A stretch of DNA of 64,000 nucleotides. It comes from an uncultured Gammaproteobacteria bacterium. GTDB lineage: Bacteria > Patescibacteriota > Patescibacteriia > Magasanikbacterales > GWA2-37-8. The stretch covers positions 15,590 through 79,589 of the forward strand of contig CAZWKA010000002.1 in the NCBI GenBank assembly GCA_964634875.1. Reading direction: 5' to 3'. This document shows positions 45,317-55,199 of the stretch, piece by piece. The position numbers and the translations under genes were made by a program. Numbering within the stretch: the first letter of the stretch is position 1; each line of letters starts with the position of its first letter. The notes under the pieces were generated by a model. It had not been told where the DNA came from. It searched no databases and saw only the letters and a list, made by a program, of their open reading frames with translations.

Positions 45317-46390
45317 TTATTTTTTGAGTTCTGCCTTGAAAAAATCAACAACCGGTATAGCCGTAGGGTCAACCCCCTCCAGAAGCGCAGAATAGTAACT
45401 GGCAAAGCTTGTTAATAAGAGTACTTCAAAAACTTGAGCTAAGGCATTTTTTTCCTGAGCGAGATAGTCAAAACACGCAATTTTACGCTGAGCCAAAATT
45501 TGCTTGCCCACTTCATAACGTTTTTGAACGCGCTTGTCGTAAAGCTTAGATTCAATAAAAATAAAAAGAAGGTTTTGTGGATTAGTTTTTGGATACAACA
45601 AACCTTCCATTAAGTGATGATTTAATTCCGGCACCACAAAATACCCACCAAACCTTTTGGCATTTTCATTCATTTGATTTGCACCAATATGCACGTTACC
45701 CGCCAAATGATCGCTCGCTGCATACCAAATTGTTTTACCAACCGTAGCAAGCGCCAGCCCCTTAGCATAATTATTTTGAACAGGGGTAGCGACTCCAAAC
45801 AAGGCTTGATACTTAGTAATTGTACTAGAAATTATTTTCAGCTCTTTATCACCAAACGTAATTAGACGGGCTGCTGCAAAAATAAGTAGCTGACCTACAA
45901 TCGAATACCCAAGCCCCATGCGGGGCGAAGCACAGGGATTATTTTCGGTTGAAAAAAGTAAGGCTGGAATTTTATTTTTTTCAGCCCAAACTTTAAGCAG
46001 ACCACCCGAAGAAATAGTTACGATTTTGGCCTTTTTGGCCAAAGCATCCTTGCTAGCTGCAATGGGTTCTTCGGTAGTTCCCGAATAACTCGAAACAATA
46101 ACTAGCGTACTCGTCGTTACAGAAGCAGGGACGTGATAACCATTAACAATATCAACAGGCACCGCTAAAGAATTAGCATACAGTGCTTTTATGACATGGG
46201 AACCCAAAGTTGATCCACCCATTCCCAGCACAACCACATTCTTAACGCCGGAATAAGCCTTCGGAAGAACAAAACGGTGGCCGGAAGTAATTTGTTCCAC
46301 CTGCTTACCCAACAACTCTAAGCTCCCAAGCATGTTTTGGGAATCTAATTTTTTAATTTTTTCAAGTGAGTCAAGAATTGCCTCATTCAT
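45317..46390 (-). CDS. Bifunctional phosphoglucose/phosphomannose isomerase (SIS domain)
   Basis: GMGGS, SYSGTTEE, SSGG, PR, QMNENAK, PELNH. Confidence 0.88.
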   Translation of the reverse strand: MNEAILDSLEKIKKLDSQNMLGSLELLGKQVEQITSGHRFVLPKAYSGVKNVVVLGMGGSTLGSHVIKALYANSLAVPVDIVNGYHVPASVTTSTLVIVSSYSGTTEEPIAASKDALAKKAKIVTISSGGLLKVWAEKNKIPALLFSTENNPCASPRMGLGYSIVGQLLIFAAARLITFGDKELKIISSTITKYQALFGVATPVQNNYAKGLALATVGKTIWYAASDHLAGNVHIGANQMNENAKRFGGYFVVPELNHHLMEGLLYPKTNPQNLLFIFIESKLYDKRVQKRYEVGKQILAQRKIACFDYLAQEKNALAQVFEVLLLTSFASYYSALLEGVDPTAIPVVDFFKAELKK

Positions 46391-46424
46391 AAGAAAATTT
46401 TAGGGGTAATATGTACCAGACTTG

Positions 46425-47264
46425 TTACTCTTTATACGCAGCATATTGCACCATTGCATCCCGCACCGCTTCATGGATTGGCCGCATGGAAATCCCAAAA
46501 GTACTCAAATTTTCCGACTGCAGGATGGTATTGGAGCGCTTTTTTTGGGCCAACCCTGTTGAAACTAATTCTTCGGCAGTTAGCCATTCATTTGTATGCC
46601 CAGGGTTGACGAGCTCTCGGTACAGCTCAAGAATTTCACGATGACTGATGCTGCCTGGATTAGTAACATGAAAAATACCGGAGGCGCGCGCCTGCAAAAG
46701 TTTATAGAAAACAGCGATCATATCTTCAACTACCGTAGCACTATTAAACACATCGGCGACTTTTGGATAGCGCGCTAATTTGTCAATTAAATTTTGAGGT
46801 GCCGGTATACAATCAATAGGCATGCGAATACGGGCAACACCAACATTTGGAAGTGTCGAGAGCACCAAGTCAGCAGCGTATTTTGCGCGAGTATACATTG
46901 CCGAGGGATTTGCCGGATCGCTTTCTTTCCAACCCTTTGGATCGGGAGCGTAACCATAATATATACAGCCCGTTCCCATGTGTAATAAATACACCGAGCG
47001 CTCCTGGCAAGCCTTGGCAATAATGATGGGTAAAAGCGTATTGCCTTCGATAGTTTCAAGCTGATGATCTTCACACCAGTCGACATTGGGTTTACCAACC
47101 ACTCCTGCGGCATTAAGGACTACCTGAGGAAGATGTTTGTCCAAAAGATGGAGGACATCCTCGACCGTCGTAATACGATCCTCTGCAACAACCGCTTCGT
47201 CTCCCCACACTTCAGCACACCGACGACCTAAGTATCCTTTTCCGCCAATAATTAAAATTTTCAT
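46425..47264 (-). CDS. NDP-4-keto-6-deoxyglucose 3,5-epimerase/4-reductase, eukaryote NRS/ER (UER1)-type
   Basis: NAAGVVGKPNVDWCE, GTGCIY, YTRAK, RIRMPI, KLARY, TNPGSISH.EIL..Y, RSN. Confidence 0.8.
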   Translation of the reverse strand: MKILIIGGKGYLGRRCAEVWGDEAVVAEDRITTVEDVLHLLDKHLPQVVLNAAGVVGKPNVDWCEDHQLETIEGNTLLPIIIAKACQERSVYLLHMGTGCIYYGYAPDPKGWKESDPANPSAMYTRAKYAADLVLSTLPNVGVARIRMPIDCIPAPQNLIDKLARYPKVADVFNSATVVEDMIAVFYKLLQARASGIFHVTNPGSISHREILELYRELVNPGHTNEWLTAEELVSTGLAQKKRSNTILQSENLSTFGISMRPIHEAVRDAMVQYAAYKE

Positions 47265-47275
47265 AACAGAAATTT

Positions 47276-48280
47276 TTAAGACCTAAAACTTTCTTGGGCA
47301 GCGCGATCAACTACCGGACGACCCTCCTTCAGAGGCCGCCACCAGGCTTCATTATTTTTATACCATTCGACGGTCGTCGTGAGCCATTCGTCAAAGTCGG
47401 CTTCCGGTTTCCATCCTAGTTTTGCTACCTTACCACTATCAAGTGCGTAGCGGAAATCATGACCAAGACGGTCGGGTACATACTCAATCATACGCTCATC
47501 TTTGCCAAGTAATACCAAGATTTTTTTGGTTACCTCAAGGTTAGTCTCCTCATTTCCTCCAACGCAATAAGTCTCCCCTACAACCCCTTTTTCAAGCACC
47601 GTTTCGATTGCTCGGCAATGATCTTTGACATACAACCATGAACGAATATTTTCCCCTTTGCCCATCAGCGGCACTTTTTGACCGTCAATAAGATTAGTAA
47701 TAAAGCGAGGAATTAATTTTTCTGGGTCACACCAAGGACCAAAATTATTGGCACAGTTCGTTATAGTAACCGGAAGGGCGTAGGTAGAAAAATAACTTTT
47801 AACCAAGAGGTCGGAACCTGCTTTAGATGCAGCGTAAGGCGTACGCGGATGATACGGGGTCATTTCAGTAAAGGGCGGGTCGCCGGGAAGCAAATGACCA
47901 AACACTTCATCGGTGGAAACGTGATGGAAGCGCTGGATCTTATGTTTGAGAGCCGCTTGTAAGAGCACGCTTGTGCCCAGCACATTAGTGGTTACAAAAA
48001 TCTGCGGGTTAATAATTGAACGGTCAACGTGGCTTTCAGCTGCAAAATGAACAACCGTAGTGACGGTCGCCATAAGCTCGTTTACCAACGCAACATCAGT
48101 TATATCACCCTTAACAAAACGATACCGCGGGTTAGCCTGTACATCAGACAGATTTTCCAAATGACCAGCATAGGTAAGGGCATCGAGATTGGTAATTGTA
48201 TCTGCCGGGTGATTAAGTAACCAGTACCGAATAAAGTTTGACCCTATAAATCCGGCTCCACCAGTAACAAGGATATGCAT
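47276..48280 (-). CDS. rmlB: dTDP-glucose 4,6-dehydratase
   Basis: GGAGFIG, HFAAESHVDRSI, STDEVFG, YAASKA, PEKLIP, DRLGHDFRY. Confidence 0.95.
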   Translation of the reverse strand: MHILVTGGAGFIGSNFIRYWLLNHPADTITNLDALTYAGHLENLSDVQANPRYRFVKGDITDVALVNELMATVTTVVHFAAESHVDRSIINPQIFVTTNVLGTSVLLQAALKHKIQRFHHVSTDEVFGHLLPGDPPFTEMTPYHPRTPYAASKAGSDLLVKSYFSTYALPVTITNCANNFGPWCDPEKLIPRFITNLIDGQKVPLMGKGENIRSWLYVKDHCRAIETVLEKGVVGETYCVGGNEETNLEVTKKILVLLGKDERMIEYVPDRLGHDFRYALDSGKVAKLGWKPEADFDEWLTTTVEWYKNNEAWWRPLKEGRPVVDRAAQESFRS

Positions 48281-48283
48281 AGG

Positions 48284-49420
48284 CTATACATTATATTTTT
48301 TTGTAACCGAACTGTTTTTACTAATATTTGTTACAACGCCCATGGCAGCCATAAGGGTCATAAGTGACGATCCACCCTGGCTTATAAACGGAAGCGGCAC
48401 ACCAGTAAGCGGCAGCGCACCAACCATTGCTCCAATATTTAAAAAAGACTGCCACATAAACCAGACCATAACACCTACTACAACTACCCGCCCAGTTTCA
48501 TCCGGGGAGCCAGCGGCAATCTTCAAGCCCCGCCACCCGATAAGTAAAATAAGCACGACGAGTGCTGCAGAAATAATAAAACCAGTTTCCTCACCTACAA
48601 TCGCAAACACTGAATCCGTGTTTACTTCGGGTAAATACTGAAACTTCTGGCGCGACTGACCTAAACCCACCCCCCAAAGTCCGCCAGAACCAATCGCCAA
48701 AAAAGCTTGGTTAATTTGATAACCGACACCTTGAGGGTCAAGTTCAGGATGCAAAAAGGTCGTTAAACGTTGAATGCGGTATGGAGCCGCCAGTACCAGC
48801 AGAATGAAACAAGCTATCCCCGCGCCCCCTAAAACTGACAAGTATTTAAAGGGAACTTGCAGCAAATAAAGGATAACAAAAATAATCATGCCGATAATAG
48901 ACAGCGTACCTACATCACCAGTTAAGAGTATGGCTGGGCTCAGCGCCAAAAGAACTGGAACTAGCGTATTCTGCCAATCGTTCCAATCTCGACGGCGATC
49001 AGCAAGTAAATAGGCCAGAATAAGAATAACACCTAATTTTACTAATTCCGAGGGCTGGAAACTAAAACCGGCAATACGCAACCAGTTGCGCGAACCATTG
49101 ATTACCACCCCAATACCTGGAACAAACCTGAGACATAAGAGAAAAAGCGATAATCCGTACACTCCCCACGCCCATTTAATTGAGGTGCGATAATTAATTT
49201 TTGAAAAAAATAAAAAGAGGATGGTGCCTGGTAACAGACCCATGATGATTTGCCGTTTTACAAAGAAATAACTATCTTGGTATTTAAGATAGCCTAACGG
49301 AGCACTGGCAGAGGTAAGCGCGATCAATCCACAAACGATTAAAATACCAAGAAACAGGAGGAGCCGATAATCAGCCCGCCCAGCATGCGCCGTCTGCGGA
49401 GTAAAGGAGTTTCGAACCAT
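48284..49420 (-). CDS. ftsW: SEDS peptidoglycan glycosyltransferase FtsW
   Basis: NGSRNW, FQPSELVK, GYQINQA..AIGSGG, LPEVNTD, GEETG, PLTGVPLPFISQGGSS. Confidence 0.9.
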   Translation of the reverse strand: MVRNSFTPQTAHAGRADYRLLLFLGILIVCGLIALTSASAPLGYLKYQDSYFFVKRQIIMGLLPGTILFLFFSKINYRTSIKWAWGVYGLSLFLLCLRFVPGIGVVINGSRNWLRIAGFSFQPSELVKLGVILILAYLLADRRRDWNDWQNTLVPVLLALSPAILLTGDVGTLSIIGMIIFVILYLLQVPFKYLSVLGGAGIACFILLVLAAPYRIQRLTTFLHPELDPQGVGYQINQAFLAIGSGGLWGVGLGQSRQKFQYLPEVNTDSVFAIVGEETGFIISAALVVLILLIGWRGLKIAAGSPDETGRVVVVGVMVWFMWQSFLNIGAMVGALPLTGVPLPFISQGGSSLMTLMAAMGVVTNISKNSSVTKKYNV

Positions 49421-49437
49421 ACGTAGCACTATTCACA

Positions 49438-49791
49438 CTAAATATTCAAACCTACGATTAACACGATAGCATAAGCGATAAATATCTGGATTGGCAGGGT
49501 AAGCACAGAAACGATGTGGGCCAGGACTTTGTCGCTGCGGTACAAAAAAAAGGAAACAGTATAATTTACAATTACAATAGCAGTCGCAATTCCCGGCAAA
49601 TAGTACATCTTCTTCCAACTACCCGCGAGGTCAATACCAAAGATAATGTTGTAATGCAAAAAGATCTGGTTATCCGTTGGTGATATACGGGAAACAACGT
49701 ACCACCACAAAAATCCAAACATAAGTACTAGCAGGCCTAGCGGCAGCCAGATAAAGATATCCTTAAAATAGACCTTAAGGGCGTACAACAT
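49438..49791 (-). CDS. Small three-TM membrane protein
   Basis: LHYNIIFGID motif; hydrophobic. Confidence 0.7.
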   Translation of the reverse strand: MLYALKVYFKDIFIWLPLGLLVLMFGFLWWYVVSRISPTDNQIFLHYNIIFGIDLAGSWKKMYYLPGIATAIVIVNYTVSFFLYRSDKVLAHIVSVLTLPIQIFIAYAIVLIVGLNI

Positions 49792-49885
49792 ACTAAAAAA
49801 TCTCTAATTTAAGAGCTTTTTTCTAATTTTAAAGCAATAGTTTCAAGTTATTTTGTAGGGGGTAGCATACCAAATTAGCACTATC

Positions 49886-49915
49886 TTGACAATAATACCC
49901 TGCTTCAGGTATACT
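49886..49915 (+). promoter_or_regulatory. rpmA promoter
   Basis: TTGACA-18-TATACT. Confidence 0.7.
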
Positions 49916-49948
49916 CTACTTACTCACTTTTAGCTTTGTACTACTTCT

Positions 49949-50227
49949 ATGTCACATAAGAAAGCTGGTGGTTCTACAGACCTGGGACGCGATTCGCGGT
50001 CACAGCGCCTCGGAGTCAAGCTCCACCAAGGTCAAGCCGCCAAAACCGGCATGATCATTGTCCGCCAACGCGGTACCCGCATCCATCCTGGTAAAAATGT
50101 TAAAAAAGGAAGCGATGATACCTTGTTTGCTACCGCACCAGGCACCGTTGCCTTTTCTTCCCGAAAACGCCGCCGTTTTGATGGCAGCCTCAAGCTGAGC
50201 AAGTTTGTCAGCGTAGTAAGTAAATAA
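49949..50227 (+). CDS. rpmA: 50S ribosomal protein L27
   Basis: [29 protein letters not shown]. Confidence 0.98.
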   Translation: MSHKKAGGSTDLGRDSRSQRLGVKLHQGQAAKTGMIIVRQRGTRIHPGKNVKKGSDDTLFATAPGTVAFSSRKRRRFDGSLKLSKFVSVVSK

Positions 50228-50235
50228 TACTTTTT

Positions 50236-50265
50236 AAAAACAGGCTTATCTAAGCCTGTTTTTTT
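50236..50265. terminator. Bidirectional terminator
   Basis: AAAAACAGGCTTA-TC-TAAGCCTGTTTTT. Confidence 0.8.
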
Positions 50266-50285
50266 GTTTTAAAATGAAAAGCAAG

Positions 50286-51197
50286 CTAAAGCTCTAGTTG
50301 TTTTTTTAACTCAGTAACCCCGTCTCTAAAAAATACTGTAGGTTCCCAGCCAAGTAAACGCTTTGCCTTGCTATTATCGGCGTGCGTGTAGGGCATTTCA
50401 CCAGCAAGGGCTGGAGTAAAAACGACTTCCCCACCAATCAGTTCGGCAAGCTCGTTTACAGTGTGCGGATCACCATTGCCAATATTTATCACTTCCCCTT
50501 TCCCGACAGTTTCTTTAGTCATAGCTAGTATATTTGCAGCGACCACATCTTTGACATGCGTATAATCACGCTCCATAGTACCATCCCCTCGAACGGTAAG
50601 CGGTTTACCTTCTGAGCGAAGTTTGAGAAAACGTCCGATCACGAGTGCGTAGGCACCTTCTGGGTCGAAATAAGGGCCATAGACATTAAAATAACACAAC
50701 GCAACTGTTTCAAGACCATACAATTCTGAGAAAAGCCGACAGTATTCTTCACCAATTAATTTATGCAGGGCATAGGGACTCAATGGTTTTTTAAAAACCC
50801 CGTCTTCTTTAAATGGTCCTGGGGGTTGGATGCCGTAAGCAGCAGACGAAGTAGCAAAAACAACGCGTTTTACCCCCGCATTACGGGCGGCAATAAGTAC
50901 ATTGAGCGTCCCGTTTACATTAACATCGTGCGTTTCGATCGGATTTTCAACTGAAAAAAGGACGCGTGGTAAAGCAGCCAGGTGAAAAATGCCTTCTATA
51001 CCCTGGCAGGCTTCTTGAAGAACGGCCAGATCCCGAATATCTCCTTCAACATAGTTGGCAGTCTTCTGTAGGCGAGCTTCATTTTTCCCACCCGCATAAT
51101 TATCAAAGACGACCACTTCGTGCCCTTCAGCCAAGAGCCCTTTAACTAAATTTGTACCGATAAAACCAGCCCCTCCGGTTACTAAGTACTTGGCCAT
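50286..51197 (-). CDS. NAD-dependent nucleotide-sugar epimerase (WbpP/GalE-like)
   Basis: GGAGFIG, HLAA, NVNGT, SPYALHK, YFNVYGP, RDYTHV. Confidence 0.88.
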   Translation of the reverse strand: MAKYLVTGGAGFIGTNLVKGLLAEGHEVVVFDNYAGGKNEARLQKTANYVEGDIRDLAVLQEACQGIEGIFHLAALPRVLFSVENPIETHDVNVNGTLNVLIAARNAGVKRVVFATSSAAYGIQPPGPFKEDGVFKKPLSPYALHKLIGEEYCRLFSELYGLETVALCYFNVYGPYFDPEGAYALVIGRFLKLRSEGKPLTVRGDGTMERDYTHVKDVVAANILAMTKETVGKGEVINIGNGDPHTVNELAELIGGEVVFTPALAGEMPYTHADNSKAKRLLGWEPTVFFRDGVTELKKQLEL

Positions 51198-51218
51198 ATA
51201 AAAAATTTAACGTCAAAA

Positions 51219-52625
51219 TTATAACTCCCCTTTCATAAAAGGTGAACCAACCATGATAAGATCAAAGCCTTTTTTAATCAGGTCAGCAGCCTGGCTAATG
51301 AGCATCCGACGTCCATCCATAATCAGATAGGGTGCTGACGCGGTCTCCAAAAGGATGTTTCCCACAGCTTTGAACTGTATCCAATCTGTACAAATTATAG
51401 CAGCCTCTGTACCGGTGATTGCGTCTTGTTCTGAGCTGCAATAGGTTAAACGGCCGTAGAGCTCATTACGGTCAGGACGGAAATATTTTTTACATTCTTC
51501 CATGGCAGCTGGATCATAGATCTTAATTTCACTCACCCCTGCCCCCAGCAGCTGCTGAATAATGCCGATTGCACCAGAATTTCGGATATCATTCGTATCA
51601 TATTTAAAGGCAACGCCAAGAAGTGCGACTTTCTTCCCAACCCAATCAAAATGGGCTTCGGTTTCTGCACGCCCAAAGAAGTGGTCGCGTTGAAAGATAT
51701 TTGCTTCTAGTGTCGAACGGACCATGGTCGCGTGCGTACCCGCCTGTTCCAGCTGGTGCGCCAGTGAGCCAGCGTCTTTGATAAAGCAACTGCCACCGCA
51801 ATATAAACTGTCATAGAGACCCCATTTGCCTATACGCGGATCCGCAACGATTATTTTGCGCACTTGTTCATACGCTACGTTAGGAAAATACTCACAGGTT
51901 CGACCAATGACATCGTAGGTGGTAACAACTTTATTAAACAAAATATAGTTGGCAAGCAATTTAGAACACGCTGCCTCGTAGGGATTGACTTCAATATACG
52001 TAATTCCGGTTGCTTCATAAAAACGACGGTACACCTCGCGCATAATTTGAAAATCTTCTTCGGTGTGTGCACCAACAACTACTCGATCAGGATGAACGGA
52101 GTCTTGGATAGCCCGCCCTTCTACCAAAAATTCTGGATTAGCAACAATCCCAAAATTAGAAACACCCTGTTTAGTGAACAAGTCATTCGTATAATCAATC
52201 ATCCTGATTGGCACAGTACTTTTATTAACGACAACCAGGCGACGCTTTTGGGTTCCATTGTCACGCAGGGCAAGCAATGGTCCGATCATTGTAACCGCAT
52301 TTTCGTAATACGACAAATCTGATTCACCGGCCGCACCTTCTTTTTCAGGTGTTGGCAAACACATAAAAACCACATCAACTGTTGCAATAAAACTGGTCAA
52401 CTGGCCCACACTGGTTGTAAAGGTAATACGTTCGCGATTACGGATCAAGAGTTCGGGCAAACCCTGTTCATGAAGGGCTGACTGAACGATCTTGGGGTCG
52501 TTGCTTGATAATTTATCAATTTTAGCCTGGTCAATATCGTATACAAGCACCGTATGGCCAGAGTCAGCAGAAACAGCTGCAGAACAGGCACCAACGAAAC
52601 CGCCGCCAATGTAAAGAATTTTCAT
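51219..52625 (-). CDS. ugd: UDP-glucose/GDP-mannose 6-dehydrogenase
   Basis: GGGFVG, CLPTP, KSTVP, NPEFL.EG, GGSCFIKD, AFK..TNDIR. Confidence 0.9.
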   Translation of the reverse strand: MKILYIGGGFVGACSAAVSADSGHTVLVYDIDQAKIDKLSSNDPKIVQSALHEQGLPELLIRNRERITFTTSVGQLTSFIATVDVVFMCLPTPEKEGAAGESDLSYYENAVTMIGPLLALRDNGTQKRRLVVVNKSTVPIRMIDYTNDLFTKQGVSNFGIVANPEFLVEGRAIQDSVHPDRVVVGAHTEEDFQIMREVYRRFYEATGITYIEVNPYEAACSKLLANYILFNKVVTTYDVIGRTCEYFPNVAYEQVRKIIVADPRIGKWGLYDSLYCGGSCFIKDAGSLAHQLEQAGTHATMVRSTLEANIFQRDHFFGRAETEAHFDWVGKKVALLGVAFKYDTNDIRNSGAIGIIQQLLGAGVSEIKIYDPAAMEECKKYFRPDRNELYGRLTYCSSEQDAITGTEAAIICTDWIQFKAVGNILLETASAPYLIMDGRRMLISQAADLIKKGFDLIMVGSPFMKGEL

Positions 52626-52628
52626 AGG

Positions 52629-53363
52629 TTAGCGTACATAATAAATAGTTCTATACTCAGGCTTATCAATTGGGATCACATCTTTACCTTCCAATATTTT
52701 CCAAAGCTTTTTTTCATCCTCTTTAGTTTGAAATTCAGGATATACTTTGAGTATCAAATTTTTGATATACGGGCTACCTTCAAGGACTTTTAGCTCAGCA
52801 CCGTGCGCACAAATTTTGACCAGGTCAAAATCACCATATTCTTTAAGCATAACCGAACGTACTGGTTGCCCCTTTTCAGCTATGGAACCACCAGTAGCTC
52901 CTGCATGGAGAGCAAAAAAAGTTTCGCCTGTATAATTACCCGCAACCGCTTCGATAACTTCTATGTTAGTTAGTTGGTTTATTTTAATATTTTCTCTAAT
53001 CTGTCGGCAGTTCAATAGATCAGGTTCAAAAATAAAGACCTTTGCTCCAGGGTTGGCCTTAGAAGCTAGTAGACCATAAATACCCGCATACCCACCCACA
53101 TCCGCTATTTTTTGCGACTTAACTGACAATCTTTTCCAAAGCAATAACGGTCCGCGCTCATAATTTTTAATAACGCTCCTTACCCACGCATGCTGATACG
53201 GGGAAATCGGCTTAAAAAGAATAGTTACACCGTCAACCGTATAGGGCAGAGGTTTTGCCCCAAAGAAAACATACCATTTAAAGGAAACAAAACTCTTTAA
53301 TTTTTTTCCAAAATATTTATAGGCCCAACCATAGTTCATTTTCCACAACGTGGACAGTTTCAT
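52629..53363 (-). CDS. FkbM family methyltransferase
   Basis: DVGGYAG, FEPD, LVKI.AHGAELKVLEG. Confidence 0.8.
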   Translation of the reverse strand: MKLSTLWKMNYGWAYKYFGKKLKSFVSFKWYVFFGAKPLPYTVDGVTILFKPISPYQHAWVRSVIKNYERGPLLLWKRLSVKSQKIADVGGYAGIYGLLASKANPGAKVFIFEPDLLNCRQIRENIKINQLTNIEVIEAVAGNYTGETFFALHAGATGGSIAEKGQPVRSVMLKEYGDFDLVKICAHGAELKVLEGSPYIKNLILKVYPEFQTKEDEKKLWKILEGKDVIPIDKPEYRTIYYVR

Positions 53364-53375
53364 AGCAGCACTACT

Positions 53376-55187
53376 TTAAGCATTAAGCTTGTTTTCATCA
53401 TTATGAATATTGTACGAACGCGAAAAATAAGAATTTTTATCCTTTAGAAGATTGCCCGGGGTACCTTCTTCCACAATTACCCCATTCTCTACAATAAACA
53501 AACGATCCGCTGAAACCACGGTTGAAAGGCGGTGGGCAATGACCACCACAGTAATGACGCCTCGCAAACGCTCAATTGACTGTTGGATTAAATTTTCAGA
53601 TTCATTATCAAGTCCGCTAGTTGCTTCGTCAAGGAGTAAAATAGCTGGCTCTCTTGCTAAAATACGGGCTAGCACAATACGTTGGCGCTGACCTCCGGAC
53701 AGAGTTACCCCCCTTTCACCAATAGTAGTTTCAAAACCTTGTGGAAGTTCCTTGATGAAATCATAGATATTAGCCGCTCGGGCAGCTGCTTCCACTTTCT
53801 CACGAGTAACTGCAGAGTTGTAAAAGCGAATATTATTCTCAACAGTTTCGTTAATCAGAGCGACTTCTTGTGAAACATATCCAATATTACTTCTCCACTC
53901 AGCAAGGGCAATAGAACTAATAGGCCGGCCATCGACCCGGACTGAACCTTTTTCAGGGTTAAGCAGCCGCAACAGCAGGTCAACAATAGTTGTTTTCCCT
54001 GAACCTGATGGACCAATCAGCCCAATGAGCTCACCTTTTTTGATAGTAAAATCAACACCTTTTAAGACTGGCGCTCCTTTTAGCGGGTAGGTAAAATGCA
54101 CCGAGTCAAAGACTACCTCTTTAGTAAAAGAAAATTTTTCGCCGACTCCATCAGCCTCAATATTCTTTTTAACCTCTTCTTGGTACGTAAGAACGCTACT
54201 CAAATAAGGAGCATAAGCGCTTACACCATGCAGCTGCGTTTGGAGAAGTTGAATATAGGAAAAAACCTTATTAATAGAAAAAACTATGACTGCAAAAGAA
54301 GCAAAACTGAATGTTGTTAGTTTATAGAAAAAAGCAAAAATTAATACAATAAAAATCAGACCAATAGGCTGCAGTAGGGCACCGCTAATATTGCGCATCA
54401 AAGCGACACGCACGTTAAAAAAACGAATATTTTCAAAATATTCCCCCGCTTTAGTTAAAACCTGGTTTTCTACCGCTGCTGCCTTTACAGTTTTCATTAC
54501 TACTAAATTTTCGTTTACAAAATGGGCTAATTTTTTAAAAATAACACCTACTTCCTTGGAAGCTTGTCTGGTTTTAAAAAATAGAGGCTTAAAAATAAAA
54601 AAGATGATTAAACCAGCAACAAAGGTGAGCAGTGCTATGAGTGGAGAAATATTAATTACTAAAACTATATAGACCAACAGATTAGCGGTTATGAGAATAA
54701 CATTCCCAACATAGGATAATAGCGAAGACGCATACGTAACATCAGTCGTCAATACTTGGTCAAGATGACCTAATTTTTGGTTTGCTAAAAAGGACCAGCT
54801 AGCCCGCAGCGTATCACCCAGCAAGACTGATCGGGTTTTTTTTTCGTAGTTTGAAGTAACTCGTGCAGCAATAAAATTGTTAAAAAAGAGAAGAGCTGCT
54901 TTAGCGATAAACAAACAGATTATAAAAACCAACAGATTACGCAGCGTGAATTCAACACTAAAAAAATTAAAGAGGTACCTAATGACTTTTGAAACTGTGT
55001 CACTTTCCCCCTCAACCCCTTTATTAATAAAAGAAAAAAGAGGGATGATGGCATTGATGCCAATACCCTCAAGCACACCGCTAATAAAACTTAAAGCTGC
55101 TAACACCAAAATGTATCGTCGGTAGACGCCAAATCCGCGACTGATCAAACTCCATACATCATTAATTCGGCTAAACGAATTCATCAT
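53376..55187 (-). CDS. ABC transporter, fused permease/ATPase (PglK/HepA-like glycan exporter)
   Basis: TMD plus GPSGSGKT, LSGGQRQR, LDEATS, IAHR. Confidence 0.9.
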   Translation of the reverse strand: MMNSFSRINDVWSLISRGFGVYRRYILVLAALSFISGVLEGIGINAIIPLFSFINKGVEGESDTVSKVIRYLFNFFSVEFTLRNLLVFIICLFIAKAALLFFNNFIAARVTSNYEKKTRSVLLGDTLRASWSFLANQKLGHLDQVLTTDVTYASSLLSYVGNVILITANLLVYIVLVINISPLIALLTFVAGLIIFFIFKPLFFKTRQASKEVGVIFKKLAHFVNENLVVMKTVKAAAVENQVLTKAGEYFENIRFFNVRVALMRNISGALLQPIGLIFIVLIFAFFYKLTTFSFASFAVIVFSINKVFSYIQLLQTQLHGVSAYAPYLSSVLTYQEEVKKNIEADGVGEKFSFTKEVVFDSVHFTYPLKGAPVLKGVDFTIKKGELIGLIGPSGSGKTTIVDLLLRLLNPEKGSVRVDGRPISSIALAEWRSNIGYVSQEVALINETVENNIRFYNSAVTREKVEAAARAANIYDFIKELPQGFETTIGERGVTLSGGQRQRIVLARILAREPAILLLDEATSGLDNESENLIQQSIERLRGVITVVVIAHRLSTVVSADRLFIVENGVIVEEGTPGNLLKDKNSYFSRSYNIHNDENKLNA

Positions 55188-55199
55188 GGGTAAAGAAAA

